This document shows positions 25,076-36,099 of a DNA stretch of 64,000 nt, in pieces (the first letter of the stretch is position 1; the number at the start of each line of letters is the position of its first letter). Origin of the DNA: Lytechinus pictus (lineage: Eukaryota); contig NC_087245.1 of assembly GCF_037042905.1 (NCBI RefSeq), positions 248,001-312,000 on the forward strand, given 5' to 3'. A program made the position numbers and the translations under genes. Below the pieces are notes generated by a model. That model worked only from the letters and a program-made list of their open reading frames with translations, did no database searches and was not told the DNA's origin.

Positions 25076-25800
25076 CAGGGGCGTCGATCCTTTTTTTAAG
25101 ATTCGGGGGGCAAAATCATGAATCAACTTTCCAAAGGCGCTCGATATCACACAAAACAAACAAACTCACACAAACACACACACACAATGCATATATATAT
25201 ATATATATTTATATGACTCATGAGATAGAAACACATATCTCACCAACAAATTAATGCGAGCGCGAAGCGCGAGCTGAAATTTTTTAGTATACTGACCTGA
25301 AAACAGGAAAAAGGTGCCTGTTTAGGACTGTTTGTAGTAACTCATGAGGAGGATACATATCTCACTACACAGATAATGCGAGTGCCGAGGGCGAACTGAA
25401 ATTTCTTTATATTCTGACCAGAAAGCTTGATATTCTATGCATTTTTTTGTACCAATGATTAAGATGGGTATCTAAAAAAACAATAGATGCGAGCGCGAAG
25501 CGCGAGCTTAAAATTTTGATATTTCGATCTGAAAAAAAATGACAGTTTAATGGACGTTTGTAATAAAGAACAAGATTATATCCAGCAAAAGATTATTGCA
25601 AATCGAAGCGGGAGTTCTTTTGACGTTTAGTCCTGAAAAGGGGACATTCTATTCACCTATTTAATCATGAAAAGTATGGGGTTTTGCTACAGAAATGATG
25701 CGAGCACGAAGCGCGAGCTGAAATTTTTTATATTCCAATCTGAGAAGCGGATAATTTAAGCACGATTTTAAATAAAAAACGAGTTGTGTAGCTCAATCTC
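25076..25800 (+). mobile_element. Truncated copy of the hAT-like element at 52227-53377 (opposite orientation), with GCGAGCGCGAAGCGCGAGCTG repeats
   Basis: CAGGGGCGTCGATCC terminus; collinear with the reverse complement of ~52390-53377. Confidence 0.8.
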
Positions 25801-26117
25801 AATATACGACTGGTTGCGTATTTATACACTCCCGGTACTAGCAACGGGTTTTAGCAAAGTTTTGGGCTAAAATATCGAATCATCTTCATAAAACACTATA
25901 GTAGCTGTCTTAAACTAAAGGCCATAGAGGTGGCACAATGTGGAATGTGTAAAGAAGAAAAGTTACTGACCTTCTTTTTATTAAAGCATTGGAAATAAGA
26001 TCAAAATTAAAGGATTTGCTCTACGCTTTTGTATGATTCTGGGATTTTTAAAATAAATTAAAGATTTCATGACATCTGTCATTCTGTGGGCAACTGTTCA
26101 ACAATAAAATATATAAC

Positions 26118-27015
26118 CAGGTGCCGCTGATCATTCTTGACCGGCGCCGATCTAGATTTGGTTGGCAATAGGCCCTTCTTCATTATTCTACCGGCGCCTA
26201 TTTATTGAAACCAGGGGACGCTGATTATTCTTGACCGGTGCCGATTTACAACAAGTAGTGCTGATTATTTTTACCGACGTCACGTAAGATTCAGGCAGCG
26301 GCAATTCATAATTGACTGGCGCCGACTTAGAACCAGGAGGCGCCGATTATTCTTGACTGGCGCCGATTTTTAACCAGGTGGTGCTGATTATTCTTGTCCG
26401 GCGCCGATTTAGATTTAGGTGGAGCTGATTATTCTTGATCGTCCTGGTCGCCGGTTAAGACTCAGGCAGCGCCGATTTATAACCAGATGGCGCTGATTAT
26501 TCTTGACCAGCCCCGATTCAGATATAGGTGGCGCTGATTATCCTTGATCGGCGCCAGTTACGAACTCAGGCAGCGCCGATTTTTTCTTTACCGGCGCCGA
26601 TTTATAACCAGATGGCGCCGTTTATTCTTGCCTGGCGCCGATTTTGATTTAGGTGGAGCTGATTATTCTTGATCGGCGCCGGTTACGAACTCAGGCAGCG
26701 CCGATTTTTCTTTACCGGCGCCGATTTATAACCAGATGGCGCTGATTATTCTTGTCCGGCCCCGATTTAGATTTAGGTGGCGCTGATTATCCGTGATCGG
26801 CGCCGGTTAAGAACTCAGGCAGCGTCGATTTTTCTGTACCGGCGCCGATTTATAACCAGATGGCGCCGATTATTTTATCTGGTGCCGATTTAGATTTAGG
26901 TGGCGCAGATTATCCTTGACCGGCGCCGGTTAAGACTCTGGCAGTGCCGATTTTTCTAGACTGGCGCTGATTATTCTTGTCCGGCGCCGATTTAGATTAA
27001 GGTGGCGCTGATTAT
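26118..27015. repeat. Hierarchical minisatellite: ~20-bp GGCGCCGATT subunits in a ~124-bp higher-order unit
   Basis: TTATAACCAGATGGCGC recurs at 26477, 26602, 26726 and 26850. Confidence 0.88.
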
Positions 27016-27425
27016 TGAAAAGGGTAGTTTAAAGAAAAGATAAGGAAGATGATATGATTGTGCTTTGCTGGGGATAGTCTTTCCTTACTGTTGCTAATAT
27101 TATATCAGTGTATAATTTTTTTAAGCGGCGCCTTTTCTTTTCTTTCCTTTATTTTTATTTTTTCAAGCAGCGCCTTTTCTTTCTTTTACTTTTCTTTTAT
27201 TTTTTTTTGAGCGGCACCTTCGGCGCCGCTCAAATATTAGGGGGGGGGGGGGCGCGCGCCCCCTGCGCCACCCCCCTGGATCCGCCACTGCATCCTATAG
27301 TAGCAAAAAGTTCTTAACCTCTCCAGTTTTCAGGTGACAATCTCAAAAAGCTTCATCTGACATTTCGCACTCCATTATTTGATTGGTGAAATATGTATTC
27401 TATTCATTAGTCACTGAAAACGGTC

Positions 27426-29228
27426 CGTATCAGGACAACTACCCCCTGGACAATTACCCCCAAGGACAATTACCCCCCGGACAACTACCCCCGGACAATT
27501 ACCCCCTGACGACAATTACCCCCCGAGGACAATCACCCCCGGACAATTACCCCCGAGGACAATTACCCCCCCCCCCGGACATATACCCCCGAGGACAATT
27601 ACCCCCCAGACAATTACCCCCGGACAAATACCCCCCGGACAATTACCCTAGATTATTACCCCCAGACAATTACCCCCCGGACAATTAACCCCGAGGACAA
27701 TTACCTCCCCCCACCGGACAATTACCCCGAGGACAATTACCCCCGGAAAATATCCCCCGGACAATTACCCCCGGATAATTACCCCCCGAGGACAATTACC
27801 ACCGGGAACAATTACCCTCCCCCTGGGGACAATAACTTTCTAGACAAAGGGAGTGCGCAAAGTCATACGACGGCCGTACGTTTGACGTAAGAAATACTCA
27901 ACGCATTTTCGAGTATCTTGGAATCAAACGAACGCAGTAAGTAAGCCGTAAAAAGTGAGCTCCATCTGCAAATCTTTACGAAACCCAGAATTCTATCATA
28001 ATTTTTATGTCACGGTAGCACAAGATCATTCGTTTTGGCAATCTTCGCAGTGGCGGAGCAAAAAAAGGGGGAGAAAGAAAGAAAAAAAAGAAGGGGAAGG
28101 ACTCGGATAGAAGAAAAAAGAATAGGAAAATAAGAGGAGTGAATAAAATAGGGTGAGGGGAAGACTTTGTTTTTATGTCACTACAGTATATGAAATTTTC
28201 GGTCACGCTTCGCGCTCGCAAGTTTTGAAGTCAATATACAAAATATAATTCAGCTCGGATATCGAGATTTCATTATTTTTTCATTTACAAACTGATTTTT
28301 TCAAGAGCTCTGTACAATGTCCGTTTTATGGTCTAAATATTAATATTTTCAGCTCACACTGCGCGGTCGCATTATTTGATTTGCGAAGTTCCTATTGTTT
28401 AGTATAATTATGTATAGGCCTACTTCTTTATAAATTCTCACAAACCGTCCTTAATTGCCCCTTAAACGAATTGTATATGCTTAACACTATCATGATTGCC
28501 AATTTGTATGCAAAAACACTGTATTTGATTATGTCATACTGTTTACAATTTAGTTATTTTGGTACTTAATTTCCTTCTTTAACATTTAATTGCTTTCAAT
28601 CTAAAATAATACACACATGAACACCTTTTAAGTTTACCATTTAGGGCCTAAATGGTAAAATTACAAGGTGTTCTTGTGTGTATTATCTTTGCATAAAGTT
28701 TTTTTTTTAGCTTACTGTTTTAAGTTATAAACTAAAGCCACATCTTAATCTGGAATGTGCACCAATTGTTTCACAATTCTTAGCTTCTCGTTAGTTGAAT
28801 TGTTTTGAATTAACAGGTTTATAGGTCCTACTTGTCAGTTTTAGTGTTGATGGTTGCGTTATCGACTTTCAATATTTTTACCTGTGAAGGTGTCTTTTTA
28901 ACGTTTTATCTATTTGCCTGATTTTTTCCTGAAATCAAACCCAAAATAAATAAAGAAAAATCAGATCAGTTGGAATCAGAGATATTAGGCATTTGTGATT
29001 ATTATGTCTAATCGTGTCCTTTCATGAATGTTCAATTGTTCTATGAAAACTTAGTATGAGAGCCAGTTTACATATTTTCTGATGTATATATGGGTAGCTA
29101 AACGGGAGGTTTGGGGAGCAAGCCCCCACCCCCATTTTTCATGATGCAGAAGGCATTGCTAAACAAAAAAAAGGAAGAAAAAAGACGGAAAAGGAAGAAA
29201 AAAGGAAAAAGCAAGGAAAAAAGAAGAA

Positions 29229-29272
<44 letters not shown>

Positions 29273-29721
29273 AATGAGCAATATAAGAGAGAAAGTTATT
29301 AACATAAGATAAAGTAGAAAATATTTCGAAAAACTGTGCCACCGACCAAGACTTACAATGGGTCCCGCTTGATTCTAACATCGATGCCGGAGAGAAGGGG
29401 GGATTTTCTGGGGGTAATTGTCTTGGGGTATATGTCCTCAGAGGTAATTGTTTGGGGGTGAATGTCCGAGGGGGTAATTGTCCTCGGGGGGTAATGGTCC
29501 AGGGGGTAATTGTCCGGGGGGTAATTGTCCAGGGGGTAATTGTCCTCGGGGGTAATTGTCCGGGGGGTAATTGTCCTCGGGGGTCAATTGTCCAGGGGGT
29601 AATTGTCCGGGGGTAAATATCCTCGGGGGTAATTGTCCGGGGGGTAATTGTCCAGGGGTAATTGTCCTCGGGGGGTAATTGTCAGGGGGGTAGTTGTCCG
29701 GGGGGTAATTGTCCTAGAACC
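27426..29721. mobile_element. Foldback/MuDR-like element with inverted arms built from ~15-bp tandem repeats and a 9-bp TSD
   Basis: (GGACAATTACCCCC)n at 27430-27835 and its inverse (GGGGGTAATTGTCC)n at ~29400-29715. TSD AAAACGGTC at 27417-25 and 29722-30. Confidence 0.88.
28606..28686. repeat. Short imperfect palindrome (mini-MITE or hairpin)
   Basis: ATAATACACACATGAACACCTT...TTTACCATTTAGG-G-CCTAAATGGTAAA...AAGGTGTTCTTGTGTGTATTAT. Confidence 0.75.
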
Positions 29722-30020
29722 AAAACGGTCATTACTATCTTATTTCGGGCCATTACATTAAAATTAAAAGCTCGCGCTTCGCGCTCACATGAATTGATTA
29801 TTGTTGGGCTTACATGTCCATCCTATTCATGGTTACAAAAAGTGCTTAGAATATGAAGTTTTCAGGTAAAATATAATTATTTTTCAGCCCGCGCTTTCCG
29901 CTCGCAATATTTGATGTATATCAGGCACGTATCCAGGATTTTGCAACCCGGAGGCCCCGACCTAATTTTGGCGCCCTTGTGAACTTTTGGAAAATGGCGC
30001 CCCCCCCCCCTCCCGTCAGG

Positions 30021-30610
30021 CAGTGGCGTACCGTGGGTCATGGCATGGTGGGAGCACCAGCAATTTCTTTTTAGTCAACTAGTGCGCGTGATTGACAGGT
30101 ACGACCTTATAGAGATATTTTAAGGACTGTGCCATTAAAAGGATATCTATCTCACTGATCAAATAACGCGAGCGCGAAGCGCGAGCTGAAGACTTTTTTA
30201 TATTCAGACCTAAAAAAGACATTATAAGCAAGTTTTTGTAATCATGATACGTATCCACCTCACTAAGCATGCAATGCGAGCGCGAAGCCCGAGCTGAAAT
30301 TTTTGTATATATTGCCCCCAAACAGGAACATTTAAAGGACATATCATATTCTATGGTCACAAATACCTTACGAACACTGCACGAAAGATTTCATAACATT
30401 TATTGCTATTCATAAAAATCGTTCGAACGGTGTTCGTAAAGGGATTTGTGACCATAGATAGCATCACCATAGTCATCTAATGCGAGTGCAAAACGCTTGT
30501 TGATTTTGTTAGAATTACACCTAACATGCCTAAACACATGAAAACTTTTTTGTATAGTCATTGTAATCATGAACATGATACGTATCTCACTAATCAAATA
30601 TTGCGAGCAC
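30021..30610 (+). mobile_element. Partial copy of the CAGTGGCGTA-terminus element at 34292-35334
   Basis: Same left end CAGTGGCGTACCGTGGGTCA and the same internal GCGAGCGCGAAGCGCGAGC units. Confidence 0.75.
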
Positions 30611-30983
30611 AGGTTATAGTACATTAACAATGCTCATCGTAATGGTGAAAGCTGAATCTGTCCCTGGGAATGATGGAAAACAGTGGGGCTGATTAGAATG
30701 TGGAGCAGTTCTATGACTCATGGTCGTCGGTAATCGGTATTCCCGTCGGTACCGAGTGTCAGTAATCAAGGGGCTCCCCCCCCCCCCATTCCACCACCAC
30801 CACCACCACCACCACTGCAAAATGCCAAGCGACGGCCCTGCCTATCCCACAAACTCGTTAAAATAAATTAATCTCCTGGTCATCATCGGCATCACCTTCA
30901 AAATCAAACGCTTGCTGTATCAACAAAACCTCTCCTAGATTATTCCAAATACAATCCATCCATGTCTTCCTTCATTTTTTTAA

Positions 30984-31450
30984 AAGGATAGCCCAGACTG
31001 AAAATGATTTTATATGAACAGATCATAAAGTGAAATTAGACAAACGAAACACTGAAAGTTTTCATCAAAATCGGACGAGAAATAAAAAAATTATGACATT
31101 TTAAAGAATTGCATTAATTCAATGTAACAGTTAATCCATGGGTTTCTTAATAAATATCAAGCTGATGATACCCCCACTTATTATTTTGCATTCCATTACA
31201 TGAAATTGTATTTATTAAGATTTTGTCCACCATGAATGAAAACAAAATGGACTGGCAACTGATTTAATGTGTAAGACGACCATTGCTGAAACCAAGGAGT
31301 TACCAACTCCTTGCTGAAGCATATTTTGTTGGTGCACACATGCACGTATGAAAATATAAAATAATTACGATTTTATGAAATAGCAAAAGAAAAAGGAAAG
31401 TGTGCACATGACTTCATCATTTTACCCAACATGCCTAATGTATATCCATG
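30984..31450. mobile_element. Partial Kolobok-like element
   Basis: TTAA-AAGGATAG start and CACTGAAAGTTTTCATCAAAATCGG motif shared with the 20763, 42571, 61947 and 63096 copies. Confidence 0.6.
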
Positions 31451-32010
31451 GCGGCGTTCAGATAGAGATGTTTTCGATCATGGCTATGATAGCTGCGCAC
31501 TTATACACACTTAGATTGAAAAGAAATATCCGTGTAAATCACACACAGTGACAGAGTAATGCAATCAAATTTCTCATTCTAAAATCAAACTTTCACATTA
31601 CTTTTCTGGGAATGAATAATGCATGTACACAGAGAGTGCCTCAACTAGAGATTAGTGCCAATTTAAGTATCGTATTGACGAAGAAGAGATGTGACGCGTT
31701 AAACTCTGAGCCCGGACTCTGAGGCCATCTCGAGATCATAATATGTCATAAGTCATTGTACGACCTATACATGACTTACTCGAGATACAAGTCCAGTTTC
31801 CACTCAAATTAAACATTGTGTTTCTAGCATTCGTTGAAAAAAATGATTCCCTTTTTTCCTCCAATTTCAACCAAATTTCTTAACCTCTGCAGTTTTCAGG
31901 TAAGAATCTAAAAAAAAAATCAGCTCACGCTTCGCGGTCTCATTATTTGATTGGTGAGATAATTATGTATCTTATTCATGAGTCACTGAAAACAGTCATT
32001 AATATCTTAT

Positions 32011-32374
32011 GGAAGCGTCGTGGTGTAGCGGTTCTGACTCTCGCCTTGTAATCCGAGGGTCGTTCGTTCGAATCCCACCATGGCCTAGCGTCCTTTGGCA
32101 AGGCGTTAATCCACACTTTGCCACTCTCCATCCAGGTGTTAAATGGGTACCCGGTAGGATGTGAAAGCCTATTTAGTATGCCTAGCAATTGAGTCTTGGA
32201 ACTCTTGTTGGAATGCTCCCCAGGGAGTGGAGAAGGTGCATACATTGTATGCGGGCATGCAAAGATCCGATGACCGGGGTAATAATGTCTGTAAATCGCT
32301 TAGAGACGTCGTTCCGATGTATTAAGCGCTATATAAATGCGGAATATTATTATTATCATTATTATTATTATTAT
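32011..32374 (+). mobile_element. tRNA-derived SINE with a CORE-like central domain and an L2-type (ATT)n tail
   Basis: A box TGGTGTAGCGG, B box GTTCGAATCC, central CCTTTGGCAAGGCGTTAATCC...CCAGGTGTTAAATGGG, and tail AAGCGCTATATAAAT-(TAT)n. Confidence 0.88.
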
Positions 32375-33817
32375 TTCAGGTCATTACATAAAATTCCAGC
32401 TCGCGCTTGAAGAAGAAGAAGAAAAAAAAGAAAAAAAGAAGAAGAAAGAGAAGGAGGAGGAGGAAGAGGAGAAGTAGAAGAAGCCTAGATAGGAGGAGGA
32501 GAAGACGAAGGAGGAGAAGAAGTAGGAGGAGGAGGAGGAGCAAAAGAAGAGATAATTTTTACAGTTAATATGCCCGTAGTTAAGTTGGTAGTTTAGATAT
32601 GTAAGGTAGTTACGTTGGATGTTTAGTTATGTAAGGTAGTTAATAAGTGAGTTTAGTTTATCAAGTTAAGTAGTTAGGTTTTGTGATGTAAAGCGCTTAG
32701 AGAAATTTTGATAGGCGCTGTATAATAATTCTTTTAATATATCTTTTAGATTGTGGAATTGAGGTTACATTCCAGATACACCTAAATATAGGCCCCATTT
32801 CAATTAGCCCTGCTTGGCTTGTTAAAAAATGAGCTGAAACTGGTCCTCCTTTTTTTTAGAAGTAATCAAGAATGGTGAGGGCAGGGACGTGAGTGCGAGT
32901 CATTTTTTTTAATCATACATACCTCAGGGGAGACAAGTGAATATTAATGATACAGGAATTTAGACGAGCTGGGATAAGGAGAGGAAGGGGAGTGGAAAAG
33001 AGGGGATTAGAGGAGAAGAGAGGTGAGATAGGAAGAGAGGGGGTTGATGCGGATTTTTCATTAATAAAAAAGAAATCCATTTTCCTCCCACTATGATAAT
33101 CTGTATTTATTTTTAAATATTGGTTTAACACCCCACATTGAAATAAAATAAATGAATAAAAACGAAACGAATAATCTTTAAGTTCACGAAGCGAATGAGA
33201 AGCCGGATAACGTATTCAATATTATTCTACGGAAACCTGAAAAAAAGGATTCCCTGGCTAACTCCTTGATACTAGTAGCACAGTCATCTTGAAAGAAAAA
33301 AATGTTACACCGAGATTCATCTTTTTTAAACACAAAACAATATCTAAAATATACTTGTAGGATGATGCTTACAATAATCTCCCTATTCAAGTTCATGCAC
33401 ATTATTCATGTCTTGAGTACGTCAAGTACTTGGTCAAGTGTTCTGAAAATGTCGAAGGCTATTTTGTTGATGAAAGACTAATCATACTCCATGATGATTG
33501 CAATTACAATGGAAAGTGATGCGTCCGGCGCCATATTTTGATCAAAAATTAACTCACAGTATACAGATTTCTCGATCCCTTAAGTTCTCCTAAGCTGCCG
33601 TAATGGGCAACTTCTTATGCCAGTGGGTGTTGTATCTAACACTATCTCACATGATAGTTATTTTTAAAGGATTCTGATTCTGTATTTATTTCTTTGTGTT
33701 TACTCAAGAAGAGAAACTTGATTCATTGTGTTCATACACACATACACACGCACGCACCCTCCCACACACACCCTTACACACATACAGTACATATATGTAT
33801 ACATGTATATATATATA

Positions 33818-34139
33818 GTGTGAAATAAATGGATGAAGAGAACAATGGTAGGCGTAGCTTAAATCAAGGTTCTCGATATATATATATATATATATATATA
33901 ATTGGTATGGTGTCGAAAATCTGTCTATCTGACGGTCAATCGGATCGGGGTCGCCCTAGCCACTAACCCGTCTCTGTGGTCTAGTGGTTAAGGCACCGGC
34001 GTTCAAAGCTGGGGGCCCGGGTTCGATTCCCGGCAGAGACATTTTTTCGGCATCACCAATTTTTCCAAAAGGGTAGATAGCTCTGGGGAACCTTGATTTA
34101 AGCTACACCTACCATTGTTCTCTTCATCCATTTCTTTCA

Positions 34140-34143
<4 letters not shown>
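33818..34143. mobile_element. Inverted-repeat element in a (TA)n tract carrying a tRNA gene
   Basis: 33818-33871 is the inverse of 34088-34143, and 33901-33926 is the inverse of 34037-34060. (TA)n lies on both sides. Confidence 0.8.
33970..34041 (+). tRNA. tRNA-like gene with intact cloverleaf, Glu-like body and anticodon TCA (opal suppressor-like); function unproven
   Basis: Acceptor GTCTCTG/CAGAGAC, D stem GTCT/AGGC, anticodon stem CCGGC/GCTGG with loop GTTCAAA, 4-nt variable loop, T arm CCGGG-TTCGATT-CCCGG, discriminator A, then T6. Confidence 0.65.
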
Positions 34144-34176
<33 letters not shown>

Positions 34177-34225
34177 AGGCAAAGAGGTAATGCATTATAC
34201 TAGTTCCAACAGAGTTCATTTTCAA

Positions 34226-34266
34226 GTCTAAATTTTCGACGTAAATCCCACGTCTTCTTCAGGGAT
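34226..34266 (-). ncRNA. Minimal hammerhead ribozyme motif in a ~105-bp insert between (TA)n tracts (stem I imperfect)
   Basis: Minus strand: UCC-CUGAAGA-A-GACGU(GGGAUUU)ACGUC-GAA-AAUU-U-AGA. Confidence 0.6.
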
Positions 34267-34291
34267 ACAATAAAGCTCATATATATATATA

Positions 34292-35334
34292 CAGTGGCGT
34301 ACCGTGGGTCACGGCATTGGGGGGGGGCACCAGCAAAAATTTTGAGTCACTAAGTGAGCGCGCAAAGCGCACCCAGTTGCCAGGTATACTGACCTAATAG
34401 ACATTTTAAGGACAGTGCCATTAAACGGATATGTCTCTCACTGGTCAAATAATGCGAGCGCGAAGCGCGAGCTTAACATTTTTGATATTCAGACATAAAA
34501 AGGGACATTATAATCAATCTTTTGTAATCATGATACGTACCTGTCTCGCTACATAATGCGAGCGCGAAGCGCGAGCTGAAATTTTTGTAGATATTGACCC
34601 CAAAACAGGAAGATTTTAAGGACTATATTTTAGGAATCCATTAAGAGTATACACGTCTCACCATAGTCATCTAATGCGAGTGCCAATAAGCGCTTGCTGA
34701 TTTTGTTAGAATTCCATCTAAACATGCACATAAAGAACTTGTAATCATGATTAACATACCCATCTCACTAATCAAATCTTGCGAGCGCGAAGCCTGAGCT
34801 GAAAATTTAGGAAATTCAGACCTGAAGAGGGGCATATATAAGGCTTGTTTGTAGGAATTCACGAAGACAATACGTAGTTAACTAACCAAAATGATGCGAG
34901 CGCGAAGCGCGAGCTGAAATTTTTTTATATTCAGATTAGAAAAAGGGACATTTTAAGGACTGATTCTAGGAATTCATGGAGAGCAGACATTATTTCACCA
35001 ATCCACTACTGCGAACGTAAGCACGGACAGGAAATGTTTTATATTAAGACCTTAAAATGGGGCAATCACTTTAAGTAGTCATGAAAAAGAAGCATACTAT
35101 TGTACATAAAACAATAATAACTCGAAGTGCGAGGAAATATATTTGGCAGTTTGGTGTATATTGACTTGAAAACGGGAGGTTTTCATTATAATGAACAATA
35201 ATGTATTCTTTCCCATTTAGTTTCTCTTCCTTTCTCCCTCTTTTTCTCCTTTACCCCGTTTTTTTTTTTTTTTTTTTGGTCAGCCGATTGGGGGGGCACG
35301 TGCCCCCCCATGCCCCCCCGTAGTTACGCCACTG
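34292..35334. mobile_element. Non-autonomous hAT-like DNA transposon inserted in (TA)n
   Basis: TIRs CAGTGGCGTA / TACGCCACTG, with internal ~115-bp units containing GCGAGCGCGAAGCGCGAGCTG. Confidence 0.85.
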
Positions 35335-35354
35335 TATATATATATATATATATA

Positions 35355-35830
35355 TAGAAATAGTCTGCTTCGGCATATGGAATAAAGTAATCACAAAAGG
35401 TTTAGTAAATGCCGTGGAAATAAAATCGTAGATTTTAAAAGGAGCATAACGCTTAAAAATGAAAGGTAAAGTCACACTCTTCGTCAGTGCCCATGATGTG
35501 ACAAAAAAAAAGAGAATTCAAAATCCGTTTCTGAAACAGTCGTGAAAAACACGTCTGTTCATGGGCATACGGATTGTGAAACTTACCTTTCAAAGAAATC
35601 AATGCGCTGAAGATGGAGGAAGCGCACTGTAAAAGACGCATGCATCTAAAGACGCGTTGCCATGACTGCAAGATGACAATGGCGAATCTCCGGCTCCAAA
35701 ACAGGAAAATATGAAAAGGGCCTCACCGCCAACAGTTCAAGTTTAGCAGTAAAAAAGTACCTGAGTAAAATAGAAATAGTCTGCTTCGTTCGGCATATGG
35801 AATAAAGTAATCACAAAAGGTTTAGTAAAT
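35355..35830 (-). mobile_element. ~416-bp terminally redundant unit (retrozyme/pLTR-like) encoding a highly structured RNA
   Basis: 56-60-bp direct repeat at 35355-35410 and 35771-35830. Multiple complementary segments in 35460-35592 include hammerhead core boxes. Confidence 0.6.
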
Positions 35831-36099
35831 TCAAAAGTTGCAAAATGACACAATATTGAAAGTTACTGTTCTTTTTCCGTGGTGATGAATGAGTTTCTCA
35901 ACGGTTTCTTTTAATTGTTTTCATGCACCTTAACATCAACATTAACATGGAATCAAACACACCTCTGCACAAGCAAACACATAACAAACAAACAAACATG
36001 CATGGGTATTTCAAACCACGACTCAAACCATGTTATTTCACAGAACCATCACTACATAAACCACAACAAAACATAAAAAATGAAGAAGCAGGGGCTTGA

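Larger units (their letters stand above)
24464..27290. mobile_element. GGCGCC-rich non-autonomous DNA transposon with 5-bp TSD (hAT5-like), containing nested insertions
   Basis: TIRs CATAGGCGGATCCAG / CTGGATCCGCCACTG, with TSD CATCC at 24459-63 and 27291-95. Confidence 0.7.

Noticed and set aside
26118..27015. CRISPR-like appearance of regularly recurring GGCGCCGATT
   Set aside because: The intervening sequences are themselves repeated, there are no unique spacers or cas genes, and the context is eukaryotic.
27383..27688. Pro/Gln-rich repetitive ORF (DNYPPGQLPP)
   Set aside because: It is a translation of the 15-bp tandem arm of the Foldback-like element and crosses the TSD junction.
32011..32080. 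Functional tRNA gene
   Set aside because: It has no acceptor stem pairing and continues into a SINE body and tail.
33970..34041. Selenocysteine tRNA
   Set aside because: The anticodon is TCA, but the variable loop is 4 nt and the acceptor and T stems are standard 7/5, unlike tRNA-Sec.
35587..35760. Host coding exon on the - strand between AG and GTAAGT
   Set aside because: It lies inside the terminally repeated unit and gives no recognisable protein, so it was kept only as part of that finding.
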